A program made the position numbers and the translations under genes. This document shows, in pieces, positions 28,271 through 36,514 of a stretch of 64,000 nt of DNA. The number at the start of each line of letters is the position of its first letter. The stretch's first letter is position 1. A model generated the notes under the pieces. It made no database searches, had not been told where the DNA came from, and worked only from the letters and a program-made list of their open reading frames with translations. Source of the stretch: a virus; IMG/VR virus record IMGVR_UViG_3300045988_073070. One strand, 5' to 3'.

Positions 28271-28565
28271 ACAGGAACAGGGTAAAGAGATGACCAAAGA
28301 AAGTATCAATGGCATCTTTGATGGCATGACTGATACGTTGTTGAAGAAGAATGCCGACTACAAAGGAGCGAGTTTTGACTTGGGTTTGAACGGGAATATG
28401 GTTCATATTTGGGACAAAGTTAGAAGATACAGAAGTATGGTGGAGAATCAGAATCACGGAATCACGCCAAACTTTGAAGGTATCGAAGACACTTTGAAAG
28501 ATATTATTGGCTATGCCGTTATTGGCTTGCATATCTTGAAAAAGGAAAACGAAGAAAAGGAGTAA
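28263..28565 (+). CDS. DUF1599-like (nucleotide-modification-associated domain 1-like) small protein
   Basis: 'KKNADYKGASF...HIWDKVRRYRSM...EDTLKDIIGYAVIGLHIL' follows the DUF1599 pattern (K..DYG.a....i.dK..Ri..l....E...D.i.Y.i.al) as I recall it. I used the ATG at 28263; the track start at 28257 is a TTG. Confidence 0.5.
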   Translation: MSKQEQGKEMTKESINGIFDGMTDTLLKKNADYKGASFDLGLNGNMVHIWDKVRRYRSMVENQNHGITPNFEGIEDTLKDIIGYAVIGLHILKKENEEKE

Positions 28566-28572
28566 CATCAAT

Positions 28573-29094
28573 ATGGAAAAGAAAGTAATTACCATTGGCG
28601 GTCAAACCTACGTGTTAAGGTTTGATGACTTTGACGAAGATGTTGATATTGATTCTTTGTTAAAGATAGACTATTCCAATTTAATCGGAGAGCTTATCAC
28701 CTTCCCAGTCATTGTAAACCGTTTTGGTCAATTGCTTGCGGAAGCCGAAAGTCAAGTTGCTCTTGCTAAATTAAATTTGGAAGTAACGGAAGCCAAACTC
28801 AAAGAATCAATGCGAGTTAAATTGGCAGACCGTAACGGGAAAGCTCCGAGCGTTGACGCTGTAAATTCTGCTGTTACGTTGGAGAAGGCATATCAGGCAA
28901 TGCGTAGGAATTTGATTGAGAGACAAAAGACAAGAGACTATATGAATTCAATCTTTTGGTCAGCCAAAGATAAGAGCGAAAAGTTGGATAAATTGTCTTT
29001 GACTATTCAGCCGAATGATTTGCCCGATTCGGTTATCGAAGGTAGAGTGAACAACGTTCTTATAAAGAGAACAAAGAAATTAATTGGAGATTAA
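28573..29094 (+). CDS. hypothetical coiled-coil protein (possible UvsY-like recombination mediator, positional)
   Basis: 173-aa ORF directly upstream of the SSB and UvsX-like genes. Only loose resemblance to T4 UvsY. Confidence 0.55.
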   Translation: MEKKVITIGGQTYVLRFDDFDEDVDIDSLLKIDYSNLIGELITFPVIVNRFGQLLAEAESQVALAKLNLEVTEAKLKESMRVKLADRNGKAPSVDAVNSAVTLEKAYQAMRRNLIERQKTRDYMNSIFWSAKDKSEKLDKLSLTIQPNDLPDSVIEGRVNNVLIKRTKKLIGD

Positions 29095-29119
29095 AATAAT
29101 TTTACAAATTCAAAAGATT

Positions 29120-30463
29120 ATGGCTGTAAAGAAAACAGAAAAGAAAGGTGGCGCAGATTTGAGAGCGCAACTCAGACCGACTTCAATCAAGAAGTTGAAG
29201 AAGGTTGTCGATGAAGACAATGAAATGGTAGGTGCTCAAAGTAATGAGTATCTCAACCTTGAGGATGGTAAAACGCTCAAGATTCGCATTTTCCCTGCAC
29301 ACCCTGGTCAAGAAAACTTCTATGTAGCAAAGAAATGTTACTGGTTGACCGTAGAAGGAAATGACGGAGAGCCGAGACGCACGACCGTTCTTGATTCCGT
29401 AGTTCATGGTGGAACAGAGAAAGACTTGTGTGCCGAGTTCATCAAGTACGCCAAAAAGAAATGGGCAAAGGATTCCGAGAAAATGGAGTGCTTCAGCGGT
29501 CAGGATTCGTTGAGCCCGCAATACACCTGGTTGTGCTATGCTGATAAGGTAGTAGCCGATGAAGAACTGCGTGCGAAGCTCTGGGAGTTCAAGAAAATGG
29601 TAAGGGATGCGATGAACAAATTGGCGTTCTCCGAAGATGAGGATGAACCAATTGAAGTTGACCCGTTCACTGACCCAGACGAAGGACTTCCAATCATGGT
29701 TAAATACATGAAGAAGCCGAACAAAAAGAAAGGCGAAAACTACTATGAGGTATCATTCCCCAAAAAGGTAACGGCAAGACCGTTGAGCGATGAGGAAATT
29801 GAATATTTCATGGGATTGAAACCGCTTTCTGAAGTTATCCCGACTTATGCGATGCGAGACTTTGAACGCGCTTTGGAAGGCTTGCAGAACTTTGACGAAG
29901 AACACGACCTTGAAATGTTTGAAGACGAGGGTTGGTTGGAAATCGTTGAGGAAGTAAAAGCTCAGTATGATGCTGAAGATGACGAGGAAGAAGAAAAGCC
30001 TAAAAAGAAAACTTCCAAGAAGGTAACTAAAAAAGCCAAAGACGTGGAAGAAGATGAGGATGACTCTGACGATTCGGATGATGAAGAGGAAGAAGAAAAA
30101 CCGAAGAAGAAATCAGCACCCGTCAAAGGCAAAAAGAAACCTGAACCAGAGGAAGAAGATGACGATGAGGAAGCGGACGAGGATGAAGAAGAATCAGATG
30201 ATGAGGACGATTCAGACGAAGCCGAAGATGACGGATTGGATGATATGGACAGAACGGAGTTGAAGAAGTATATCAAAGACAACGGTTTGGAAGTATCGGT
30301 CAAGAAGTCAATGTCAGACGATGACCTGCGTGAAGCTATCCGAGAAGCCATGGATGATTCCGAAGGAGACGATGAAGCGGATGAGGACGAAGATGACGAG
30401 GAAGAAGAAAAGCCCAAGTCAAAAGTCACAATGAAAGACATTCGCAAAAAGTTGGGTAAATAA
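29120..30463 (+). CDS. gp32-like single-stranded DNA-binding protein with very long acidic C-terminal tail
   Basis: The blocks 'GKTLKIRIFPAHPG', 'WEFKKMVRDAMNKLA' and 'DPFTDPDEGLPIMVKY' parallel T4 gp32 'GQAVIRFLPS', 'YRFGKKIWDKINAMIA' and 'VDVTCPWEGANFVLKV'. The C-terminal ~170 aa are poly-D/E and poly-K. I used the ATG at 29120. Confidence 0.6.
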   Translation: MAVKKTEKKGGADLRAQLRPTSIKKLKKVVDEDNEMVGAQSNEYLNLEDGKTLKIRIFPAHPGQENFYVAKKCYWLTVEGNDGEPRRTTVLDSVVHGGTEKDLCAEFIKYAKKKWAKDSEKMECFSGQDSLSPQYTWLCYADKVVADEELRAKLWEFKKMVRDAMNKLAFSEDEDEPIEVDPFTDPDEGLPIMVKYMKKPNKKKGENYYEVSFPKKVTARPLSDEEIEYFMGLKPLSEVIPTYAMRDFERALEGLQNFDEEHDLEMFEDEGWLEIVEEVKAQYDAEDDEEEEKPKKKTSKKVTKKAKDVEEDEDDSDDSDDEEEEEKPKKKSAPVKGKKKPEPEEEDDDEEADEDEEESDDEDDSDEAEDDGLDDMDRTELKKYIKDNGLEVSVKKSMSDDDLREAIREAMDDSEGDDEADEDEDDEEEEKPKSKVTMKDIRKKLGK

Positions 30464-30485
30464 ACCATGTGACTAAAATAAATTG

Positions 30486-30521
30486 GAGCCAACAGTTGAA
30501 ATACATTGTTGGCTCTTTTTG
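30486..30521 (+). terminator. intrinsic terminator after the SSB gene
   Basis: 9-bp perfect stem GAGCCAACA (30486-30494) / TGTTGGCTC (30507-30515), then TTTTT. Confidence 0.75.
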
Positions 30522-30535
30522 TAAAAGTATATAAA

Positions 30536-31669
30536 ATGAAGAATAATTTAATTGACAAAATCGTTAAGAAGTTTAACAGCGATGATGTTATAAAGTTCTC
30601 CGATAAGGACGGATTCAGCGAGGTCAAAAGCTGGGCACATACGGGCAGTCCTACGCTTGATTATAACCTTCGGACTTTCGGACTACCTACGGGCATCATA
30701 GAGATTGCGGGCAAAAGCCGTAGTGGTAAAACTACGCTTGGACTTATGGCAATGAAATACTTCTTGAAAGAGAATCCCGATAATGGGGTGGCGGTTATCC
30801 TTTCCAGTGAGAATCGTGATAACAAGGATTATGCTTTACAACTTGGTTTGCCCGTTAATCAGATAATCATTGTAAAGATACGTTATGTTGAAGCGATGTT
30901 CTTGCAAGTCAAGAAACTTATCAGCGATGCAAAAGAAGTTTTGAAAGCTGAAAAACTCACGCCCAAGTTCTTCTTTCTTTGGGACAGTCTTGGAGCTACA
31001 TTATCAAAGTCCGAGCTTGAAACTATGGAAGAGAACACCAAGCGATTGGATAAGGAGCTTCAAAAAGGTACGGACGTTGAGGACATTGAATTGAAGAACG
31101 AGAAAATGATGGCATTCGCCAAAGAAGCGAAGAAGTTTGCGAAGTTCATCATGTCCGAGATGTATAGCAATATCATGCACTTTGTAATGTTGAATCATCA
31201 ATACGAACAAAGCACCATGGGTATTTCTACCAGAAAGAGTACAGGCGGTGAGTGGGTAGAGTTGATGCCAACGATACGTCTATCAATGAAACTCAAAGGG
31301 CACGAGAAGATTGACGATGTAGAGGTTGCCCAAATAACAGAAGTGAAGGTTGTTAAAAACGACTTTGGAAGCCGAAAGAAAACAGACATCAGAATCCTTC
31401 TTGGTTATGGCATTATACTTTCACAGGAAGATATTGAGTATGCTCTTGAGACGGGAATACTCAAAAAAGAAGGAGCAAAGAAGGTATCATTTTTGAAAGG
31501 CAAATTGTCGTGGAGTTCTCCGAGAGAATTATTCAAACTTTACCAAGAACATAACCCAATGCTGAATGTTCTTCATATGAAGATAAAATCGGCAATGCAA
31601 AAGGACTTGGTTGAGTTTAGAAATTCCTTGCTAAATGGAGAAGGAGATGACGAGGAAGATGATGAATAA
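30536..31669 (+). CDS. RecA/UvsX-family recombinase
   Basis: Walker A 'IAGKSRSGKTTLGLMA' and Walker B 'FFFLWDSLGAT'. Acidic C-terminus. I chose the ATG at 30536, downstream of the terminator hairpin. Confidence 0.8.
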   Translation: MKNNLIDKIVKKFNSDDVIKFSDKDGFSEVKSWAHTGSPTLDYNLRTFGLPTGIIEIAGKSRSGKTTLGLMAMKYFLKENPDNGVAVILSSENRDNKDYALQLGLPVNQIIIVKIRYVEAMFLQVKKLISDAKEVLKAEKLTPKFFFLWDSLGATLSKSELETMEENTKRLDKELQKGTDVEDIELKNEKMMAFAKEAKKFAKFIMSEMYSNIMHFVMLNHQYEQSTMGISTRKSTGGEWVELMPTIRLSMKLKGHEKIDDVEVAQITEVKVVKNDFGSRKKTDIRILLGYGIILSQEDIEYALETGILKKEGAKKVSFLKGKLSWSSPRELFKLYQEHNPMLNVLHMKIKSAMQKDLVEFRNSLLNGEGDDEEDDE

Positions 31670-31686
31670 ACAGAGTTAATAAGGGT

Positions 31687-32772
31687 ATGAAAAAGAAAGC
31701 AATTGGCATACTAATAAATGACCCGCATATCGACAAGGATAATGGTGGGCTGGTTCAATATATTTTTAGCCAGCTCATCAATCTTTGTAATTATTATGGA
31801 ACAAACAGAATATTCTGCGGTGGGGATATATTCACCAATCGTTCTGGTCAGCCGTTATCTTGTCTCATGGATTGGAGAGATATATTGAATATGATTGACC
31901 AAGCTGATATGGAAATTCACGTTATCCCAGGCAATCATGATAAGACAGATTCAGACGATGAGAAAAGTTATTTGGATGTTTATAGTGAGCGGTGTTTTCA
32001 TCTTTACCGTTCTGGTGTACGTAGGCTTATTGATGGGGTGGTCATGGCATTTATTCCGTACTTCAAAGATGATAAGTGGATTGAGGAATTTCAAAAGGTT
32101 GAAGAAGAAATCGAAGAAAACCTCAAAGACGGGGATATTGACGAGAGTTGGCCAACAATCCTCATAACTCATTCGGGATTCGATGGAGTTGTAAATAATG
32201 ACGGCACAACAGTTAAATCTATTATTAAGCCGTCTATGTTCGATAACTGGACAAAGGTATTGATTGGACATTATCATAACGCAAGTAAGTTAGCGGATAA
32301 TGTTATATATACAGGTTCAGCATACCAAAACAATTACGGTGAAAACATAACCGATAAAGGATTCACGGTCATATTCAATGACGGTTCAACGAAGTTCATT
32401 CCAAGTAAATTCCCGAAGTATATCAAGGAAGTTATTGACGTTAATGATAAAGAGACGTTGATGAATTTATTGGAGAAATACGGAGACGAAGAACGTGAGG
32501 ACTTCATAAGATTCGTATTCCGTGGAAAGAAAGCCGATGCTCATAAAATCAATATATCCGAAATCCAAACCAAATACGGAATAGATTGCAAATTTGAAGC
32601 CGAAGAACAATTGGAAGCTATGGAGATAAGCGAGAATGAAGAAGTTTTGAGCTACGATTCAAAAACGCTTCGACAAGACTTCATCAGATTTTGTTCCGAA
32701 AACGGTATCAAGGGAGAAAAGTTCAAATATGGTTTGGATTTGATAAAACAAGTTAAATATGTGGAATCCTGA
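31687..32772 (+). CDS. sbcD: SbcD/Mre11-family nuclease (T4 gp47-like)
   Basis: Calcineurin-like phosphoesterase motifs: 'DPHID', 'GGDIFTN', 'VIPGNHD', 'ILITHSG' and 'IGHYHN'. Confidence 0.85.
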   Translation: MKKKAIGILINDPHIDKDNGGLVQYIFSQLINLCNYYGTNRIFCGGDIFTNRSGQPLSCLMDWRDILNMIDQADMEIHVIPGNHDKTDSDDEKSYLDVYSERCFHLYRSGVRRLIDGVVMAFIPYFKDDKWIEEFQKVEEEIEENLKDGDIDESWPTILITHSGFDGVVNNDGTTVKSIIKPSMFDNWTKVLIGHYHNASKLADNVIYTGSAYQNNYGENITDKGFTVIFNDGSTKFIPSKFPKYIKEVIDVNDKETLMNLLEKYGDEEREDFIRFVFRGKKADAHKINISEIQTKYGIDCKFEAEEQLEAMEISENEEVLSYDSKTLRQDFIRFCSENGIKGEKFKYGLDLIKQVKYVES

Positions 32773-34636
32773 AAGTATAATAATAGATAATCTGTTTGCG
32801 CATAAACATTCGGAGTATCGTTTCAAAAACAATCGTTGTACGGTTATCTTTGGAAAGAACAACACTGACCGTGGAATGCAAAACAATGGAGCTGGTAAGA
32901 CTACCTTGCTGGAAGGAATTGCCATAGCTCTTACAAATGAGAGTTTGAGAGACGTCAAGAAAGATTCTTTTATCAATAGAGAGGAAGAAGATTGCGGTGT
33001 TGATTTTACTCTTGTAAATCCAGTGTTAAAAAAGAAGCTCCGAATTGTACGCAAATTTTATCGTGGAAATAAACCCGTGAAAATTGAGTTGTATGAAAAC
33101 GATAAACTCAACAAGCAAGTTACGTCAGTAGCCGAAGCAAACAAGCGAGTATTTGAATTGATAGGTATAAGCCGTGAGGATTTGTTGCGTTACTTCATAA
33201 TAAGTCAAGACAATCGTTACACGTTCTTTACAGCTTCTGATGGAGACAAAAAGGAAATAATGAACCGCATCACGTCAGCCGATATGGTGAACCCTGTCTT
33301 GGAAGAACTTTCGATGCGTCTGAAAGAAAAAGAAGCAGAATACAAGATTGTTTCCGATGAGGTAAACGAGTTATCCACGAGGAAGGAGATACTTGAAGAG
33401 CAAGCACGTAATGTATTGGAAAATGATACTACTGCCGAAGAACTTGAAGCACTCCGAGAATCGAAAGCCGAAAAAGAAGCGGAGCTTGAAACCGAGCGTG
33501 AAAATTTGTCCAATCTTGAAAAGAAAGTAAAAAGAAAGCTCAAAGAAGTAAACGAGCTGAAACCGAAAGTCAAAGACAAAAGTAAATTGGTTGAGATAAG
33601 GAAGAAGTTGAAGAAGGAATTTGATGAAACTGATTCGGACTTGACCGAAGCACGTTCAACCGTTCGACAACTGAAAGCCGAATTGGAAGAAGTCATTACC
33701 TGTCCAAAATGTAGTCATGAGTTTATCAAAGAATCTGAAATGGAATTATCCGTCAAAGAAATTAGAGAGCTTTTGACACAAGCCACACTCGTTCAATCAG
33801 AATTGGAAGAAACCTATTCCACCCAGCAATCGAAGCTCAAGGAGTTGAAGAAAAAGATTGATGAAGCGGATGAGATTCAAGAATCACTTGAAGAAGCCGA
33901 AAGCGAACATAAACGGCTGACCAAGCGTGTATCTAACAAGAAAGCTGACATTGAGGATATTGAAACCAAAATAGAGAGTATTTCAAAAGAGATTACAACG
34001 CTCAAGAATCGAAAGAAAGACAACAAAATATTAAAGAATATACAAAACCAAATAAAAGAATCTCAAAAAGAGATTGATGAGAAGTTGCCGAAAGTTACGG
34101 AGCTAACCAGCGATATTGAATTGATTAGATATTGGCAGTTCCACATGGGACGTTCGGGATTCACGACCTACCTTGCGAATAAATCTATCAAGGTCATAGA
34201 AGGTATTACCAACTCATTCCTGCGTAAATTTGACGTTGATTTATCGGTTATCATAAACGGATTCACGGTGCTTAAATCGGGAGAAGTACGGGAGAAGATT
34301 GACGTGTTCGTTCAGTCTGATGGTACGGATGCCGAGACTTTCAAGGCGAAATCAGGCGGTGAGAAAGGACGTGTAAACTTGGCAGGAGTTCTTGGAATAC
34401 AACATCTCATAAATCTATCTACAAATGGTAAGGGGTTAAACCTTCTTTGTTTTGACGAGTGCTTTCATGGTATAGATTCCGAAGGTCAGGAAAATATTAT
34501 CAAAATCATGGAAAAAATGGGTATTACGATTTTGATGATAACCCAAAACGTATCGGAAAACTTCAACAACGAGAATAAGTTGTTTGTGGTTAAAGACCGT
34601 AAAATAGCACGTTACGTTGAAAATTTACAAAGTTAA
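32759..34636 (+). CDS. sbcC: SbcC/Rad50-family ATPase (T4 gp46-like)
   Basis: Walker A 'NNGAGKTTLLEGI'. Long coiled coil with the zinc hook 'CPKC'. ABC signature 'SGGEKGRVNLA'. Walker B/D-loop 'LLCFDECFHGID'. Confidence 0.9.
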   Translation: MWNPESIIIDNLFAHKHSEYRFKNNRCTVIFGKNNTDRGMQNNGAGKTTLLEGIAIALTNESLRDVKKDSFINREEEDCGVDFTLVNPVLKKKLRIVRKFYRGNKPVKIELYENDKLNKQVTSVAEANKRVFELIGISREDLLRYFIISQDNRYTFFTASDGDKKEIMNRITSADMVNPVLEELSMRLKEKEAEYKIVSDEVNELSTRKEILEEQARNVLENDTTAEELEALRESKAEKEAELETERENLSNLEKKVKRKLKEVNELKPKVKDKSKLVEIRKKLKKEFDETDSDLTEARSTVRQLKAELEEVITCPKCSHEFIKESEMELSVKEIRELLTQATLVQSELEETYSTQQSKLKELKKKIDEADEIQESLEEAESEHKRLTKRVSNKKADIEDIETKIESISKEITTLKNRKKDNKILKNIQNQIKESQKEIDEKLPKVTELTSDIELIRYWQFHMGRSGFTTYLANKSIKVIEGITNSFLRKFDVDLSVIINGFTVLKSGEVREKIDVFVQSDGTDAETFKAKSGGEKGRVNLAGVLGIQHLINLSTNGKGLNLLCFDECFHGIDSEGQENIIKIMEKMGITILMITQNVSENFNNENKLFVVKDRKIARYVENLQS

Positions 34637-34670
34637 TACCTAAATGTAGAACATGAAACTTTTATTATAA

Positions 34671-35183
34671 ATGGATAATAAAGATTGGATTAAATATCTG
34701 AAAGATAAGAAGATAATTGCTATTGACCCTGGCAAACACGGGGGCATAGTTGTTTACTCTATTGACCGAGACGAATTGATTGAAGTCATTCAGATGCCAG
34801 AGACACCGCAAGACATTCTCAACTTCCTATCGAAGTATCAGAAGAACAGCGTGTGTTATATGGAAAAGGTTGGCGGACTACCAGGCATGGGTGGTTCTGC
34901 TATGTTTAATTTCGGTGAAGGCGTAGGATGCTTGAAAATGGCTCTTTTAGCTTTGAAGGTGAAAACGATAACAGTTACACCTCAACAGTGGCAGAAACAG
35001 CTACAATTAGGCTCAAAGGGCAAGAAAAGTACGAATGAGTGGAAGACTAAATTAAAAGAGCGAGCACAGCAGTTGTATCCGACCGTAGGAGCTAAATTCA
35101 ACTTGAAAACAAAACAAGATTGGCTCAACGTGTCGGATGCTTTGTTAATAACCGAATATGCAAGATTAACAGAAAAAGTTTAG
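34671..35183 (+). CDS. RuvC-like Holliday junction resolvase
   Basis: 'IIAIDPGKHGGI' (first catalytic Asp), 'YMEKVGG' (Glu) and 'SDALLITEYA' (C-terminal Asp block). Confidence 0.65.
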   Translation: MDNKDWIKYLKDKKIIAIDPGKHGGIVVYSIDRDELIEVIQMPETPQDILNFLSKYQKNSVCYMEKVGGLPGMGGSAMFNFGEGVGCLKMALLALKVKTITVTPQQWQKQLQLGSKGKKSTNEWKTKLKERAQQLYPTVGAKFNLKTKQDWLNVSDALLITEYARLTEKV

Positions 35184-35187
35184 AGAT

Positions 35188-35532
35188 ATGACCAAATTTA
35201 TTTGTAGAAACGAAGCCTGTAAGAAGTTCGGAGTTGAGGATGAATATACATCTTTGACTTACAAAGTAGTTAATGGACATCTTCAAGCAACTGTAGCACC
35301 GTGTCCTTGTTGTGGAGAGATAAGAGAGGAAATCAATCCAAACAAAGATATTCCGTTATCGGAGAAAAATATAAGCATTGGTAAGTACGCTTCAGCAAGC
35401 AAGGAACAAAAGACCGAGATGTTGAAGAAGCGTTCTCATGACCATTACGAAAAGACGGTTAAACCGTTCAAGGAACATCAGTTGAACGAAGCAATGAATC
35501 AAATGAAGGAGTACAAAAAGACAAAGCAATAA
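35188..35532 (+). CDS. zinc-ribbon protein (hypothetical)
   Basis: 'CRNEACKKFG...CPCCGE' four-Cys ribbon. 114 aa. Confidence 0.6.
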   Translation: MTKFICRNEACKKFGVEDEYTSLTYKVVNGHLQATVAPCPCCGEIREEINPNKDIPLSEKNISIGKYASASKEQKTEMLKKRSHDHYEKTVKPFKEHQLNEAMNQMKEYKKTKQ

Positions 35533-35537
35533 ATGGT

Positions 35538-36161
35538 ATGGGCTTGGAGCATGAGATTTTTAAGATTGATTATCATTACCGACCAAAACAGGTTAATAAA
35601 TTCTTGGTAATGATTAAATTTGGCAATACGGAAAAACGAAGATTGGCGTTCAAAAATTTAGTTTTCCGTATGATGAAGGATATAGTGGTAAAAAACATAT
35701 CCAATTATTTGAATTTGTTGAATAATACTCCGATGAAGGATAACTTGCCCGATAGGGATGAACTTGTTTCGGAGTGCTTCTTGATATTTAACAAATGTAT
35801 TGAAAAATACAAAGTGCTCCCAAGTCACAACTTCTATTTCTATTTCAACAAATCATTGAGTAGAAATTTCTTCAGAGATTATCAGAGAGCCTTGGTCAAT
35901 GACAAAATAGAATTGACCGAAGCAATCTACACCTGCCACCCTGACCTACGGGAAAGTGAACGACCGAACACCGTTGCTATTCTAATGGATAATATGAATT
36001 TCAGCGACCTTGAACGAAGGATAAGCGAGAGCCGAATGTTGGGTCAGAAAACATCAGAGTTCTTGGAAGCCAATCCCGATGTAACAAGCGGACAATATTC
36101 CAAAGCTCTAAAACATATCAAAGAAATGTTAAACGAATTAAAAGACAAAGGTGAGTTATGA
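35538..36161 (+). CDS. possible divergent sigma-70-family-like protein (candidate sigma factor 2)
   Basis: Region-2-like 'DELVSECFLIFNKCIEKY...FYFYFNKSLSRNFFRDYQR'. Region-4-like 'FSDLERRISESRMLGQKTSEF'. The resemblance is weak. Confidence 0.45.
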   Translation: MGLEHEIFKIDYHYRPKQVNKFLVMIKFGNTEKRRLAFKNLVFRMMKDIVVKNISNYLNLLNNTPMKDNLPDRDELVSECFLIFNKCIEKYKVLPSHNFYFYFNKSLSRNFFRDYQRALVNDKIELTEAIYTCHPDLRESERPNTVAILMDNMNFSDLERRISESRMLGQKTSEFLEANPDVTSGQYSKALKHIKEMLNELKDKGEL

Positions 36162-36514
36162 ATACACAAATTGATTTTTCGCTTTTTCAAAAAGCAATTG
36201 AATCGTTAATATTGGAAGGTTGTACGATTCTCCAAGTTATACTTCCTGATAATTCTTGTGCTTTCTTTTCGGTTTGGAGCTTTACAGAATCATTCTTCAA
36301 CAGTGCTCAATCGGTTGATTTCAATACCGTAGAAGGAATAAACATCACAGAGTTCTTAAATAAGCAGGCATCGCAATATATGAATCGTAGTTCGTTTATT
36401 GCGGCTTATAATAAAGTTGTTGACGATTCGCCAGTTGTTCAATGTCAATTTCATAAGAACGCAGTTTGGTTCAAATGGCAGCAGGTTGGCGATGAAAAGA
36501 AACGGAGATTGTAA
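36158..36514 (+). CDS. hypothetical protein
   Basis: 118-aa ORF with ATGA overlap upstream. Its stop abuts the next ATG. Confidence 0.55.
   Translation: MNTQIDFSLFQKAIESLILEGCTILQVILPDNSCAFFSVWSFTESFFNSAQSVDFNTVEGINITEFLNKQASQYMNRSSFIAAYNKVVDDSPVVQCQFHKNAVWFKWQQVGDEKKRRL

Noticed and set aside
21580-30420. Repetitive GAA/GAT/GAG tracts that at first glance look like tandem repeats or an array.
   Set aside because: They are codon-level low complexity (poly-Asp/Glu) inside ORFs. There is no repeat-spacer periodicity, so they are not CRISPR or a satellite.
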